A stretch of 64,000 bases of DNA from contig JAAOMT010000706.1 in the NCBI GenBank assembly GCA_016748015.1, forward strand, positions 324,807 to 388,806. The letters are read 5' to 3'. The DNA is from Geosiphon pyriformis uo1. Lineage: Eukaryota; Fungi; Glomeromycota. Positions within the stretch are counted from its first letter, which is position 1. Every line of letters begins with the position of its first letter. The position numbers and the translations under genes are program-made. Positions 38,587 to 50,600 of the stretch are shown here, one piece after another. The notes beneath the pieces were generated by a model. That model was not told where the DNA came from. It saw only the letters and a program-made list of their open reading frames with translations, and searched no databases.

Positions 38587-39273
38587 TAATCTTCTCCTTA
38601 AGACTGAGCTCCGTCAAAGTCCAAGCACTATTTGTGATGTTAAAATAATAATCCAAGATAATTGAAGTGATTTGGTCTGAAAATTGTTGAAATTTTAGTT
38701 CTGTGAACTTTCCAATGTATTGAATCTTTATTAGATAAAGTATTAGATTTTGTAGGACATTTTCACAAGTATTGAATAAATCATAGAGTCTAAATGCTGC
38801 TCTAAGTTTGTAGTAAGTGTTTGTTGATCCAGCTGCTATCTTGAATTCATTGTGAATTTGTTTTTGTATAGTCTTAAGAGTAATGTTGATTGCTTTAAGT
38901 TCCAGTTTTTGTTCATAAAGTGTTTTCTCAATATGAAAATATCTATATATAAGGGTATGTTCATTGTTCTGTTTATTGAGAAATAGTAGAAGTTTTTGTT
39001 AGATTGTGGCATTTGGTAGAATGTTAATAGGAGCAGATAAAAAATTTTCTTTTAGTATTTGTTTCAAAAGTTTTGGTAATTGATTTCCAGAGTGGCTTCT
39101 TGTTTTTTTCTATAGAGGTGATAATTCTGAGAATTGTTTACTACTGGGGCTGTGGTTTTTTTCTGAATATAATTAATTTGACTTCCATTAATTGTTATGG
39201 ATATGTCAGGAAGTGTTTTCAAAGCTAACATTAATTTTTGGGATATTTGATAGATATTTCAGGGAATAATCAT
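38567..39273 (-). pseudogene. ORF3 of A-II (unknown helical protein)
   Basis: MIIP.NIYQISQKL..ISITING..; after one frameshift near an A-run, ..YRYFHI..LRAAFRLYDLF..IGKFTE..FSDQITSII. Homologous to 42516-43145. Confidence 0.7.
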
Positions 39274-39429
39274 GATAAAAATGATCAACTAATAAAAAAA
39301 AAATAAAAAAAATAATTTTTGGGTGTGAGGTTTTTATTTGTTCTTGGATTTGGGTGTTTCTTGTAATTATTATTATTTTTTTCTGTTTTTGTGTGTTTAT
39401 TAAAAAGATTATTGTAAAATTATGTTGAG

Positions 39430-40813
39430 TTAAGTGTTCAAGTTTAGTTGTTGTTCTATTATAATTATTGGTTCTAAATTTCGAGGAATATCTTCAGAAT
39501 TAATTAAAGGAGAATGTGTACCAATTTGTGGAATTAATGGTTTAGGATTATTCCTGGAATGATAATGTTTCAATCTATCTCCATGTGCAACTTTTGCTAG
39601 TACTTTGTCATCAAGTTTTAACTTATATGATCCATTGCCTAAAATCTGATGAATATAAAATGGTTCATCCTATTTATGTTCAAATTTTCCACTCCATTGT
39701 TTTTCAGCCTTAGTTTTGTATAAGAAAACTTTATTTTCAACTATAAATTCATTGATAACTGGTAGCAGTTTGTTGTCATGCCTTTTTTTTTGTAGGGCTT
39801 GAGAGTGTTTAATATGAGAGACTGCTATGTGTTTTTTTCCTTCCAATGTACTAAAAAGAGTGTAGGCTCTTCTTTGGAGTGTTTCTTAAAAGTTTTTTTT
39901 ATTTATTGGTTGCACTGGATATGTTTTTACTGTGAAGTTAATTGGTAGTGTTGCTGTTCTTCTATAAGTAAAATCAAATAGTGTGTGCTTCATAGTATTT
40001 TGTTTTAGTGTTTTGTATACTAATAACACTGATGAAATAAAGATATTTTATTCTTGCTCAAAATTTGTTGAGACTTTTGCTAAAGATTTACACAATGTTC
40101 TGTTAAAACATTCCACAAATCTATTTGTTTAGGGGTAATAAGATAATGATAGAGGTCTTTTAACATTGGTTTGTTCACAAATTTCTTATATCAAGTTGTT
40201 CACAAAATGTGTTTCTTGATCAAATAAAAGTTCAATTGGGCATCTATGTCTACAAATAATGTCTTCATAGATGAAATTTGCTACTGATTTTGCATCTGCT
40301 CTTTGGATGACTTTAGTTTTAGGCCATTTGATGAGATAATCTACTGCAACTGCAATATAATGATTTCCTTGGGTTGTAATAGGTAATGATCTAACTAAAT
40401 TAATTCCAACTCTGTTAAAAGGTTGTTCAACTTTAATTGGATTTAAAGGTTCTGTGGGACAAGTCTCTTCTCTTCTTTGACAACTATTACAGGATTCTAC
40501 ATATTGTTGAATGTCTTTTTGCATGTAAGGCCAAAAGTAATGTTCAAGAGTTCTTTGAATTGTTTCATTTCTTCCCAAGTGTGCTGAAGATGGATCTGTG
40601 TACATGTTGTATAGGATTGTTTTTTTTGTTTTCCTGTACCAATCTGAGTAGTTGGTTTGGGTTTCTGCAATTTTTGTAATAGATTTTGTTATGGTATATG
40701 AAATATTGTTTGAATTGGTATTGTAATCAATGTTTTTTACTTGGAGATCAATTTTTTGGCATGGTAAGAGTCTTCAAATAGTTTTTAAGATTGTTGTAAT
40801 TTCTGGAATCTAT
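39430..40813 (-). pseudogene. Integrase ORF of A-II
   Basis: HHCC region (SAHLG..CNSCQR), catalytic core (RVGI.L..VAVDYL.KWP) and C-terminal GP(F/Y)-type region. Start ATG>ATA at 40813; A-III retains ATG here. Confidence 0.88.
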
Positions 40814-41653
40814 TATTGTTTTGTTGTTTTGTTGGTAGTAGTAAGTTGTAGTGGATTTGTTGGTGGTGTTAATCTTGTTTCATTCTTAAGAGACTATCAA
40901 CATTGGTATGTAGTTTTTTTGGTTTGTGGTATACAATATATTTGTAGTCTGCTAAGAAATCATTCCATTAAGATTGCTTGGCACTTTGTTCAGTTTTCTT
41001 TTTATTGAGCCATTTAAGGCCAATATTGTTAGTTATAATGTCAAATTCTTTTCTATTCTTTAGGTATTGTTGAAAATGTTTAATAGTCCAAATGACTGTG
41101 GCAGCTTCTAATTCAGTTAAGTCATATTTAAAGTCTGTTGGTTTGAGTGTTCTATTGGCATAAACAATGACTTGTTCTTGGCCATTTTTATTTAATTGTG
41201 ATAAAATGGCACCAAAAGCTATGTGTAAAGCATCAATAACTAGTTGGAATTATTTGTTGAAGTCTGGGTAAGCAAAAACTGAGGCTGTTGTTAACTTTGT
41301 TTTAAAAGTTTCAAAAGCTTTTTGTTGTTCTTTAGTCTATTGATATAGTATGTTTTTGTTGGTAAAATAGTTAAGTGGTTTGGCAATTTCTGAGAATCTT
41401 TTTATGAAAGTAGGAGACTAATTCTACAAATCCTTATAGCTCTGTAGTATTTCAGAGTATTTGAAAATTTTTAACAGCACTGATTGTTTCAGGATTTGGT
41501 TGGATTCCATCTTTGTTAATAATGTGTTTAAGAAAGATTAAACTTGTTTTTTCAAAGTGACATTTTTCAATGTTCAACTTTAATTCTGCTTTCCATAATT
41601 GTTGAAAAACTTCTCATAGGTAAATAAAATGGGCTTCAAAACTTGGTGAGTAT

Positions 41654-42502
41654 TGTTACAGGTGATTATTTCTGCAGTTGAGTTAAATAACAAACCTGTA
41701 ACTTGGTGCTCAAAAAGCTACTTCCATTGATGAGATTCTGCAAGTGTTGTATTTGAAGGTTTTAATGAAGTCCTTTGTATAATGGACAGAGATTCAATAG
41801 TGTTGATAGTAGATGTATTTTTCCAAGAGTTTTCCCAATTTTTTTCTCAGTGTGGTGGCCAGATTTAGTCTGGCAGTCATGCCCTTCTGGTAAGCTATCC
41901 GATAATATATAAAATCTTACTCTTATTTCTGGGTCTTTTACCAGACTATCCTTGACATCAATAACTCAGTGCTTACTCTTTTAATCAATTAGTATACAAC
42001 AAAATCAAAGAAAGAAAGAAAATAAAATAAAGAAAATAAAAAATAAAGAAAATAGAGAAAATAAGCCAAGACAATTTAGTACGTTCGTATCTCGTCAATA
42101 ACCATGATCAAGAGCTATTGTTTCAGTGTGGTTAAGTATCAATTACTATCAACATAAAGTATTAATAGTGGAAAGTGGGTTAAGATATGGAATAATTATT
42201 TATTTGATGATTGGGAACTGAAATATTGCTTAGATTAAATCTAAACTGAGAGGTCTGTCTTTTCAGCTTCTAATCCTACTGCTATATATACATAATTGAG
42301 ATTCCTCAATTCCTCAATTCTTTGCAACAGGAATTCTGGAATTCTGGAATTCTAAAATTCTTCATCAGGGAATCCTGAAATTCCTGGAATCCTGCAATTC
42401 CTCTGAGAGGAATTCTGGAATTCCACATTTACTACATTTACCTCTGATTGGCTAATATCTACTGACTAATAATACTATATTTCTTATATTCTATGAGTAA
42501 CA
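41654..42502 (-). repeat. 3' LTR of element B
   Basis: Direct repeat of 51021-51893, with a GGAATTCT/GGAATCCT tandem array at about 42330-42425. Confidence 0.95.
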
Positions 42503-42515
42503 TTATTCCCTCCTT

Positions 42516-43145
42516 TTAATATTGAGCTCCGTCGAAATCCAACTCATTTAATTCCCTCTCTTGAAGTATTTTCTGGATTTCATTTTTGAGAATTATTTGT
42601 GTTATTTGGGTCTGTAATTCTTCAAATTGAGCATTAATGATCTTTTCCAATTGATTACTGGTAACTGTATCCATTGCTTTGTTGAGCAATATTTCTGGTT
42701 TATCCTAAAATGCTGTGTGTATTCGGTATATGGCTCAGGCCTGTGTGAATAAGTTGTTTTTTTCCAAAAAATGTTCTAATTGTTGTAGTATTCTTTTGTT
42801 GAATAATTGCTTTGTTTTATCCGTATATAGATTCTGGATATTTATGTGTTGTCCCAAGTAAAAATAACAATAGTTTCGTGGAAATTGTTGTATCCACCAA
42901 TTCCAAGTTTCTTTAGTCAACTCTTGATATAGTGACTCTTTTGTCAACTCATTTATTGCTAATTTTACTTTCACAATAATTTTGTCCACAGTATTTTCAG
43001 TTTTCTTCTGTGTTCTGAGTTGCAATGTCTTTCTAATATCTTGATATTAAATGGTTTGTTAATTGATTGTAATCTCTATTTCCTGGTATTGGATTAATTG
43101 AAAGAGTTGTTGTGCTAGTGAGTGAATGTTGTCTGTAATTTCCAT
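42516..43145 (-). pseudogene. ORF3 of element B (~209 codons, unknown)
   Basis: ATG 43145 to TAA 42516 in one frame, interrupted only by four stops explicable as CAA/CGA/CAG C>T changes. Includes track ORF 42735-43025. Confidence 0.8.
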
Positions 43146-43199
43146 TTTTCTGATATTTCCTGTTGCATCTATTCTGTCTTTATATATTTTTTTAATGGA

Positions 43200-44579
43200 T
43201 CAATTTAACATGTTGTCAATAATAATGATTGGTTCCAGATCTTGTGGAATCTCATTTGGTTGGACTAATATTCTCTGTATTCCTATTTGTGGAATATTAC
43301 TGGTAAATGGTAGTGTGATATTGTAATATGATTTTAGTCGATCTCCATGTGCTGCTTTGGTTAAAATTTTGTTATTCAATCTTAATTTGTAAGCTCTATT
43401 TCTTAGAATTTCTTCTATGTAAAATGGTCCATTCCATTTGGGGTCAAATTTTCTACTCCATTGTTTTTCCGCTTTGGTATGATGTAGTAATACTTTGTTT
43501 TCAATCTTGAATTTAACTGGTTTGTTTGGCAGTTGACTATTGTGTCTTTTTTTCTGTTTTTCTTGTGACTTTTGAATATTATTAGCTGCTCTTCTTCATT
43601 TGTTTTCCAATGTTTCCATTAAGTCATATGTTCTTCTCAGCAATGTTTCTTGAAAATTTTCTTCTGTTATTGGTTCAACTGGATATGTATTAATTTCTCT
43701 CTCTACTGGTAATGTTGCTGTTCTCTTATACACTAATTCAAATGGTGTTGCTTGTGTAGTATCTTGTTTTATTGTTCAATAAGCAAATAGTACTGATGGT
43801 ATGAACAAATCCCAATCATTCTGGTTTTCTTGGCTGAGCTTAGCTATTGTTTCACACAATGTTCTGTTGAATTTTTCTACTAATCCGTTGGTTTGTGAAT
43901 GGTATGGTGATGATAATAGTCTCTTGATTCCGAATCTTTGGCTCAATTCTGTTAATGTTCTGTTCACAAAATGAGTTTTTTGGTCTGATAATAATTCTTT
44001 TGGACATCCATGTCGACAAATCAAATCCTGATGAACAAATTTGGCAACAGATTCTGCATCTGCTCTTTGAATTGCTTTTGCCTCTGGCCATTTAGTGAGA
44101 TAGTCCATAGCTACTGCTATGTATCTGTTTCTTCTGCTGGTGATTATTAATGATCTGACTAAATCAATTCCAATACGGTCGAATGGTTGTCCCACTTTGA
44201 TTGGTTTTAATGATTCACTGGGTTTCATACCTCTTCTTCGCTGATAAGCATCACAATTTTGAACATATTGGATAATGTCTGGATACATTGATGGCCAATA
44301 GTATCTTTTTCTGGTTCTTTCCATAGTTGCTTCTTTGTAAAAATGTCCTGCTGTTGGATTTGAGTGTATGTTAAATAATATTGTCTCTTTTTCTGGTTTT
44401 GTAATTACTCTGGTTAGTTGATCTGAATCTTTTCTATTTTTTCAATAAAGTATATTTTGGTAAGTGATAAAATATTTTGATTGTTGTTTGATACTTTTTT
44501 GTTCCGTTTGAGATAAATTCTCCTTGAACTGTTGAGTGTTTATATAATGTTGCAGTTGTTGATATTTTTGTATGTTCAT
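43200..44579 (-). pseudogene. Stand-alone integrase ORF of element B (~459 codons)
   Basis: ATG 44579 (MNIQKYQQLQHY..) is in frame with HSNPTAGH..CDA.QR, the core DRIGIDLV..LSDQ..TNGLVE and KWNGPFYI, ending EPIIIIDNMLN* at 43200. Confidence 0.88.
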
Positions 44580-44641
44580 CTTTTGTTACATTTTTCGTTG
44601 GTATTGTTCTGGTTTTGTTATATTTTTGTGTTAAAATGTTC

Positions 44642-47600
44642 TTAGATTTGTCTCATTCACGACAAACTGTCAGCATTTCTGTTGTCTTTTCTTTTTTTGT
44701 AATGTATAGTATAATTGTATGATATGAGTGCCATTTTCTATCTTGACTGTCTTCCATCTCCAAATTCTTGTTTTTGGAGTAATGTTAATCCCTTGTGATC
44801 TGTGTATACTTCAAACTTCTGGCTCAAGTATTTTTTCTATTTTATGACTGCCCAGTATATTGCTAAGTGTTCTTGTTCTGGTGTTCCATAGTTTTTTTTG
44901 GCTGGTGTTAAACCTCTGCTGGCATATGCTACTGGATGTTCTCTGCTGTCTGGTCCTCTCTAAGATAATACTGCTTCCAATGCTTGGCCAGATGCATTGG
45001 TGGTAATGATGAATGGTTTGCTGTGATTTGGATAAATCAGTACTGGAGCTTGAATGAGCTTTCTTTTCAAAATGTCAAAAGCTTCTTGTTGACTTTCTGC
45101 CCATTCATATTTGGTATTTTTGGTTTGCAGTTGGTTGAGTGGCTGTGCTATCTTGGAAAAGTTCTTGATAAAACATCAGTAGTAGCTGGCAAATCCCAAG
45201 AATGATTTCAGTTCTGTCATATTGGTCAGCACTGGAAAGTTTTTTACTATCTCTATTTTCTCTGAATCTGTTTTGATGCCATCTTTGCTGACTATGTGTC
45301 CTAAGAATTTTAGTTCTGTCTTGTCAAAGAAGCACTTTGTTGCATTTAACTTTAGTCCTGCTCTTCTTAGTCTTTTGAACACTTGTTGAAGATGATAAAG
45401 ATGATCATCAAATGTTTTTGAGAATACATTGATGTTGTCCAAGTATACAACTACTGATTTCCACAATAAGCCAGTATAGATGATTTCCATTAGCCATTGG
45501 AAAGTGGCTGGTGCATTGGTTAAACCGAATGGCATTACTTCAAATTCGAAATTCCCTTCTCTCGTGGTGAATGCCGTCTTCTCTTTGTTAGCTGGATCCA
45601 TGGCCACTTGCCAGTAACCACTGTCCAAGTCTAATGTTAAAAACCATTTGTTCCTGCCAAAAGCATTAAATAATTTCTGTATCCGTGGAGTTAGATAGCT
45701 GTCTCCACGAGTTACACTATTGAGTTTCCTGTAGTCTACACAAAATTGGATCTTTCCATTTTTTTTATGGACAAGTACCACTGGTGATGACCATAGGCTC
45801 ATTGATGACTGAATTAACCCATTGTCAAGCATTCAGTTTATCTCTTGATGAATAATCTCATGGCTGGCTGGTGGCACTCTGTATGCTCTTTGTTTAATTG
45901 GCATTGTATCTCTAGTTTTGATCTGATGCTGGATGATGTTAGTTCGGCCAAACTCATTTTTACTGGCAAAGATGTTATTGAACTGGTTGAGCAACATCTT
46001 GAGTTGCATACGTTGGAGTGAATCTAAGTTTCCCATGTTCATTTGTTCCAATTGTTCTGGTTGGAGCAAATAACATTCACTTTGTCTATATATTGTTTGT
46101 GATGTGATATTGACATATCCACAAAGTTGTGGAAAGTCTGGAATGGAGTTTGGTGGTTAATCCTCTATTTCAGTGTTTAAGTATCCAATAATAGTTCTGG
46201 CTGGTATTTCTATAACATTTTCTGTATTGTTGTAGATGGGAATTTTGATGTGGCTGTAATCTTTGGCTGGTATGTGGAGATTGATAAGTCCAACTTCTCC
46301 TGATTCACAAAGACTGGCTTCTGCCTCAAAAATTTGTGCTTGGTTTTTTTCTTTCCTTTCTATTACTAGCATGTACTGGTTATATGACGAAATGGAAATA
46401 GCTTGACCAGTTGAGATAATTTCTCCTTGGCCAACAATTTTTCCTCCACCATATTAATTGGTACATCTATTCTACCCATTGATCTGAATCTCTGTATTTC
46501 TCTCGCTGTTATTCCTAATTCCTTCTTCTTTCCCACTGATACTAACTGAGCTATTCTAACCAGAGGCAGGAATATTGCCTGTGCTATTTTTTTGTTGGGC
46601 TCTATTATATAGGCCTTTTCTGAGTCATTTTGTAGCATAGCAATAATATTTCCTACATATCCTGTGTCAATTATTTCTCCTCTTATATTAATCCCTCTTT
46701 TCGCTAAACTACTTCTAGATGCTAATTGAACTATTGTTGTTGCCAGAATTTCTAGTGCTACTTTTAGATCAATGCAGGTGCGTGAATGTGGCTCCAATTT
46801 GATGGCCTCTTTTTCTGGATACCTCAGATCAAACTCTGCATCAGTATCATGTGCATGTTCTGGCATAATACCTTCCCCATTGTCACTATACCATTTCAAC
46901 TCTTGTTCCTTGGAGAAATCTGGTAGTGCAATATATTGTTCATAGTTTAAATTGGAGTTTGAATCTGAGTTTGAATTGTTTTTGTTGTCATTGCCATTTT
47001 GAACAGAGCTGGAACTGGTGTTTTTATTGTCATTACCGGAGTCTGGATCGTGATTGATCAGCGATTTTAATTCCGATGCACAGCTGCTGATTGGTTCTTC
47101 TTCTTTAGGGATCATGTAGATCATGTGTGGTGGTGGATTGTAAATAAAATTACAATCGTCACAATATTCAAAGTCACTGGAAATTAAACAATGGCGACAC
47201 AGTCTTGTATTTAACTGTGCTAGCCATTGTTCTTGCTCCTCTCTAGTGGGTGCCAAGTTTTGGTAATGTTCATGGAACTCTTCTGGTTCCAGAAAATTTA
47301 TAACTGGCTCTGCATCCCAGTTAAGCTCAATGGGTTCTGGTGGGTTGTTTTTAATTGTCCTGATTTCTTCTGGCAACACACCTTCAATTTTGGCGATTGT
47401 CATTCACCATAATTCATCATCATTGTGTGGACAACTGTCCAATCACTGTACAGCTCTTCTCCAGATGGCTTCTATGGGTGTTCCTTTCTCGACCCAGTCG
47501 CTGATAAGGATCATGTATTGGCAAGACATGTCGCATGTTTCTCCTCTTCTAGAAATGTTGTTCCACAATCTTTCATCGAGGAGAGTTTCTCCACAAGCTA

Positions 47601-50600
47601 AACATAGTGTATTATCCCATTTTTCCACTCATTTTGGTCTTCCAAAGCATTCAATGAGGCATGCATAACAATAAAACTTGGTTGCTGTCTGATATTTTTT
47701 GTTATTGCCACAGCATGCACCCATTGATGACAATTTCTTGCTGCAATTGATGCACACTAGTTTGGGTCGGCAATAGGTGAATTGTTGTGGTGTTGTGTAT
47801 TGATAGGAGATATACGGGTTTGTTGGTAGTGGCTTTTCTTCTTTCACTTTTTCTTTCCCTTTGTTGCTTTCTTCCCATTCCCAGCTTGGTGTTGGTTCCT
47901 GTTCATTATTGTTGATCCAGGTCAGGTCATCCGTTTCCCAAATAAGTTTCTCTCTTTGCTTTCCCTTGGGGTTGTCATTCCATAATAGTATTAGCATTAG
48001 CTTGTGGTGGTCTTTGTTGTTGGTTCAAGCATTGATAGTGGTTCCACAGATAGGTTTTTTTCCTTGTTCCTCTTTTCCATTGTTATCGTCATTCCAGGCG
48101 AGTATTGGCAGCAGTTTGTTGTGGTCAACATCAGCCCACAAGACTTGGTAAGCTTCCCAGGTAGGTTTCTTTTTCTTCTCCTTCAGTTCGATCAATAGTT
48201 TCTCTCTTGGAGAAGTCTTGAAGTGGTTACACATGGCCAGTACACGTATGTGTTGGCCCTGATATGTTAGCTGGAGTTCCTGGGTGTTTTAATCTAACAT
48301 CATGTTGACTTTGGATAACCAGTCATTACCAATGAGAGCTTGGTATTGAGTGGCTTCCATCACTAGAACTTTAATAGGAGTCACAATGCCATTAACTTTG
48401 AAAAAAAAGTCATTGATTTTACCGATTGGAGTTTTGGTCACTTCATCGGCTGTGATGATTCTGGTGCTGGCAGTTCAATCAACTTGGCGACCTAATTAAT
48501 CTATGAGTTGTTGTGTGATGATGCTGCCTGCTGAACTACTGTCAAGGATTAATTTGATGAATTGTCCCTTAACTTTGGCGGCAGTGTACATCACAGTGAT
48601 TGGTTTGGCTTCAAGAGTGGCTCTACTAAATAATGGTGTTGCAGTTGTTTTCTTGAATTCGAATAGGAATATAACAGCCAAAGACTCATCTTTAATGATG
48701 GTAGCAGATGGGATATTATTGGTAAGTGGTTGTTTTTGGGCAAATGCCAGGTCATTGGTTAAGGCGTTTTCTGGGGTAACTAAGAGACTTAAATAGTTCT
48801 GGGAATTCGGGTTCTGGGGTTGACCAGCATTCAAATTCCACTAGCATAATCCAGATGGTTGCTGTGAAGAACTGGGGATTAGTTGATGGACTACTATTGC
48901 CGATCTTCAGCTCTATTGAGTTATTCTTGGTCTTTGGGTTCCATTGGGTGGTAAGCTTTGGAGTGGTGTTTGGATTTGTTGGGGTTGATAGATTATTTGT
49001 GGCTGTGGTTGTTGATAAATTACTTGTGGCTGCGGTTGATAGATTGGAGCTTAATACACCAAAGACTGATAGACTAATGATTGTGTTATTGGTAGATAAG
49101 CAGGTTGGTTTTGATTTGGGTACTGATTTGGAGTTTGGAACCAGTGATCAGGGTTTCGAGATTGATATCCCAATCATTGGTTATTTAAACGCTGGCAACA
49201 GTCAATTTGGATATGTCCTTGTTTACCACAATAGTAGCAGATATGCGTTTCAGGTTGCCACTGTTGATTGGTTAATGAAGATGGACGTGGTTGATTTTGG
49301 GTACGATTAGAGTTTCCTTGATTATTGCGTCATTGTGGAGGCTGATAAATGGCATGATTGTTAGCTAAGTATCCTTCCAATTTCTTATTAATTGATTCAC
49401 TGAACTTTTCCAATTTGGAATCCAATTCAGATGATCCATTCATTACTAGATTAACAGCTTGGGTGTGGTTAGCCTCTGACTCAGCAGATTCAAAATTTCT
49501 GGCACGTGTGACTGTGTCTTGAAGTGTGCCTGGATGTAACAAATATACATGTTGCAAGATGCTACTGCACAGACCATGGATAAACTGGTTGAGTATCTGT
49601 GGTGCTGTAAAATAGTTGGCGTCAATTACTTGAATTTGGCACAGGTTTTGATGGAAGCATCCCAGGTAAGTGGTGACTGTTTCAGTTTCTCCTTGTTTTA
49701 TGGTGGTGAATGTATTGACTAGGTGATTAATGCTGTTATTGTTGCTGAAGTATCTTAGGAATTCCGCTTTGAAGGCATTGAAATCTTGTGGTTTATTAAC
49801 CAAGCTCTAATATCATGAATTGGCGGTATTCTTGAGAAAGTAGAGAATGGCTTGCATTACTTGGGCATCATTCCATCCATTGGCTGTAATGGTTTTTTCT
49901 ACATCATTCAGCCATACTTGAGTGTTATCTTCTTTACCAGTAAAGTTGTCAAGTTTTGCAATTGGTGTGTAGGTCATTGGATCTAAGTTAGGTGGTTGTG
50001 ATGGCTGTTAAAGCAATTGTTGTTGTCCTGGCTGTTAGGGTGGTAGTTGAAGTGGCTGCTATATGGGTTCAGCTATGGGATTAATTGGCAGTTGATCGAT
50101 GACAATTACTGAAGGTAAGTTTTGCTGATTAATTAATTCGGAATTTGGATTGTTCTGCCTTTAATAATTCGGAGTTTCGATTTTCGAATTTTCTAGATTT
50201 AGATTTTGCTGAGTTTGAAAATTCGGGGTTTCAACTTCCGGGTTTTCAGTGATCAGATGCTGGTAAGTGAATTTTTGATCCTCTGATTTTTCTTCCTCTT
50301 TTTTTGATTCTGCTGCTTCCCACGGATCAGAGATTCTGAAATTTGGTAGAGGCAGTGGTGATCAAAGTCCTGATGGGATTGATGATTGTGAATTAAATCT
50401 CTCAAAGTATTTGCCATATGGTCTTAATAATTCTGTATTCTTTTGTCTACTTTGAAATGGGAATCGTCCAAATGCTGATGTTGCAGTTGATAAGAATGCG
50501 TTTGTTGATAATATGTTGATGGTGCTTCTAGATGTATAGTGGTAGGATGGGTTGCTTGGGGATTCAATTCTGTTTTTCTTTCAAGTAGGTGGTTGTATTT

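Noticed and set aside
42516-43145. env gene
   Set aside because: The position fits, but there is no signal peptide, transmembrane helix or fusion-protein Cys pattern.
43200-43450. Integrase chromodomain
   Set aside because: IN ends shortly after the GPF/Y module (EPIIIIDNMLN*), with no aromatic-cage motif.
48855-49310. Antisense or overlapping ORFs across the LTR elements (also 2027-2383, 55059-55388, 61729-62043, 14767-15069)
   Set aside because: Shadows of low-complexity Q/N/P- or K/E-rich sense coding, with inconsistent starts and stops between copies.
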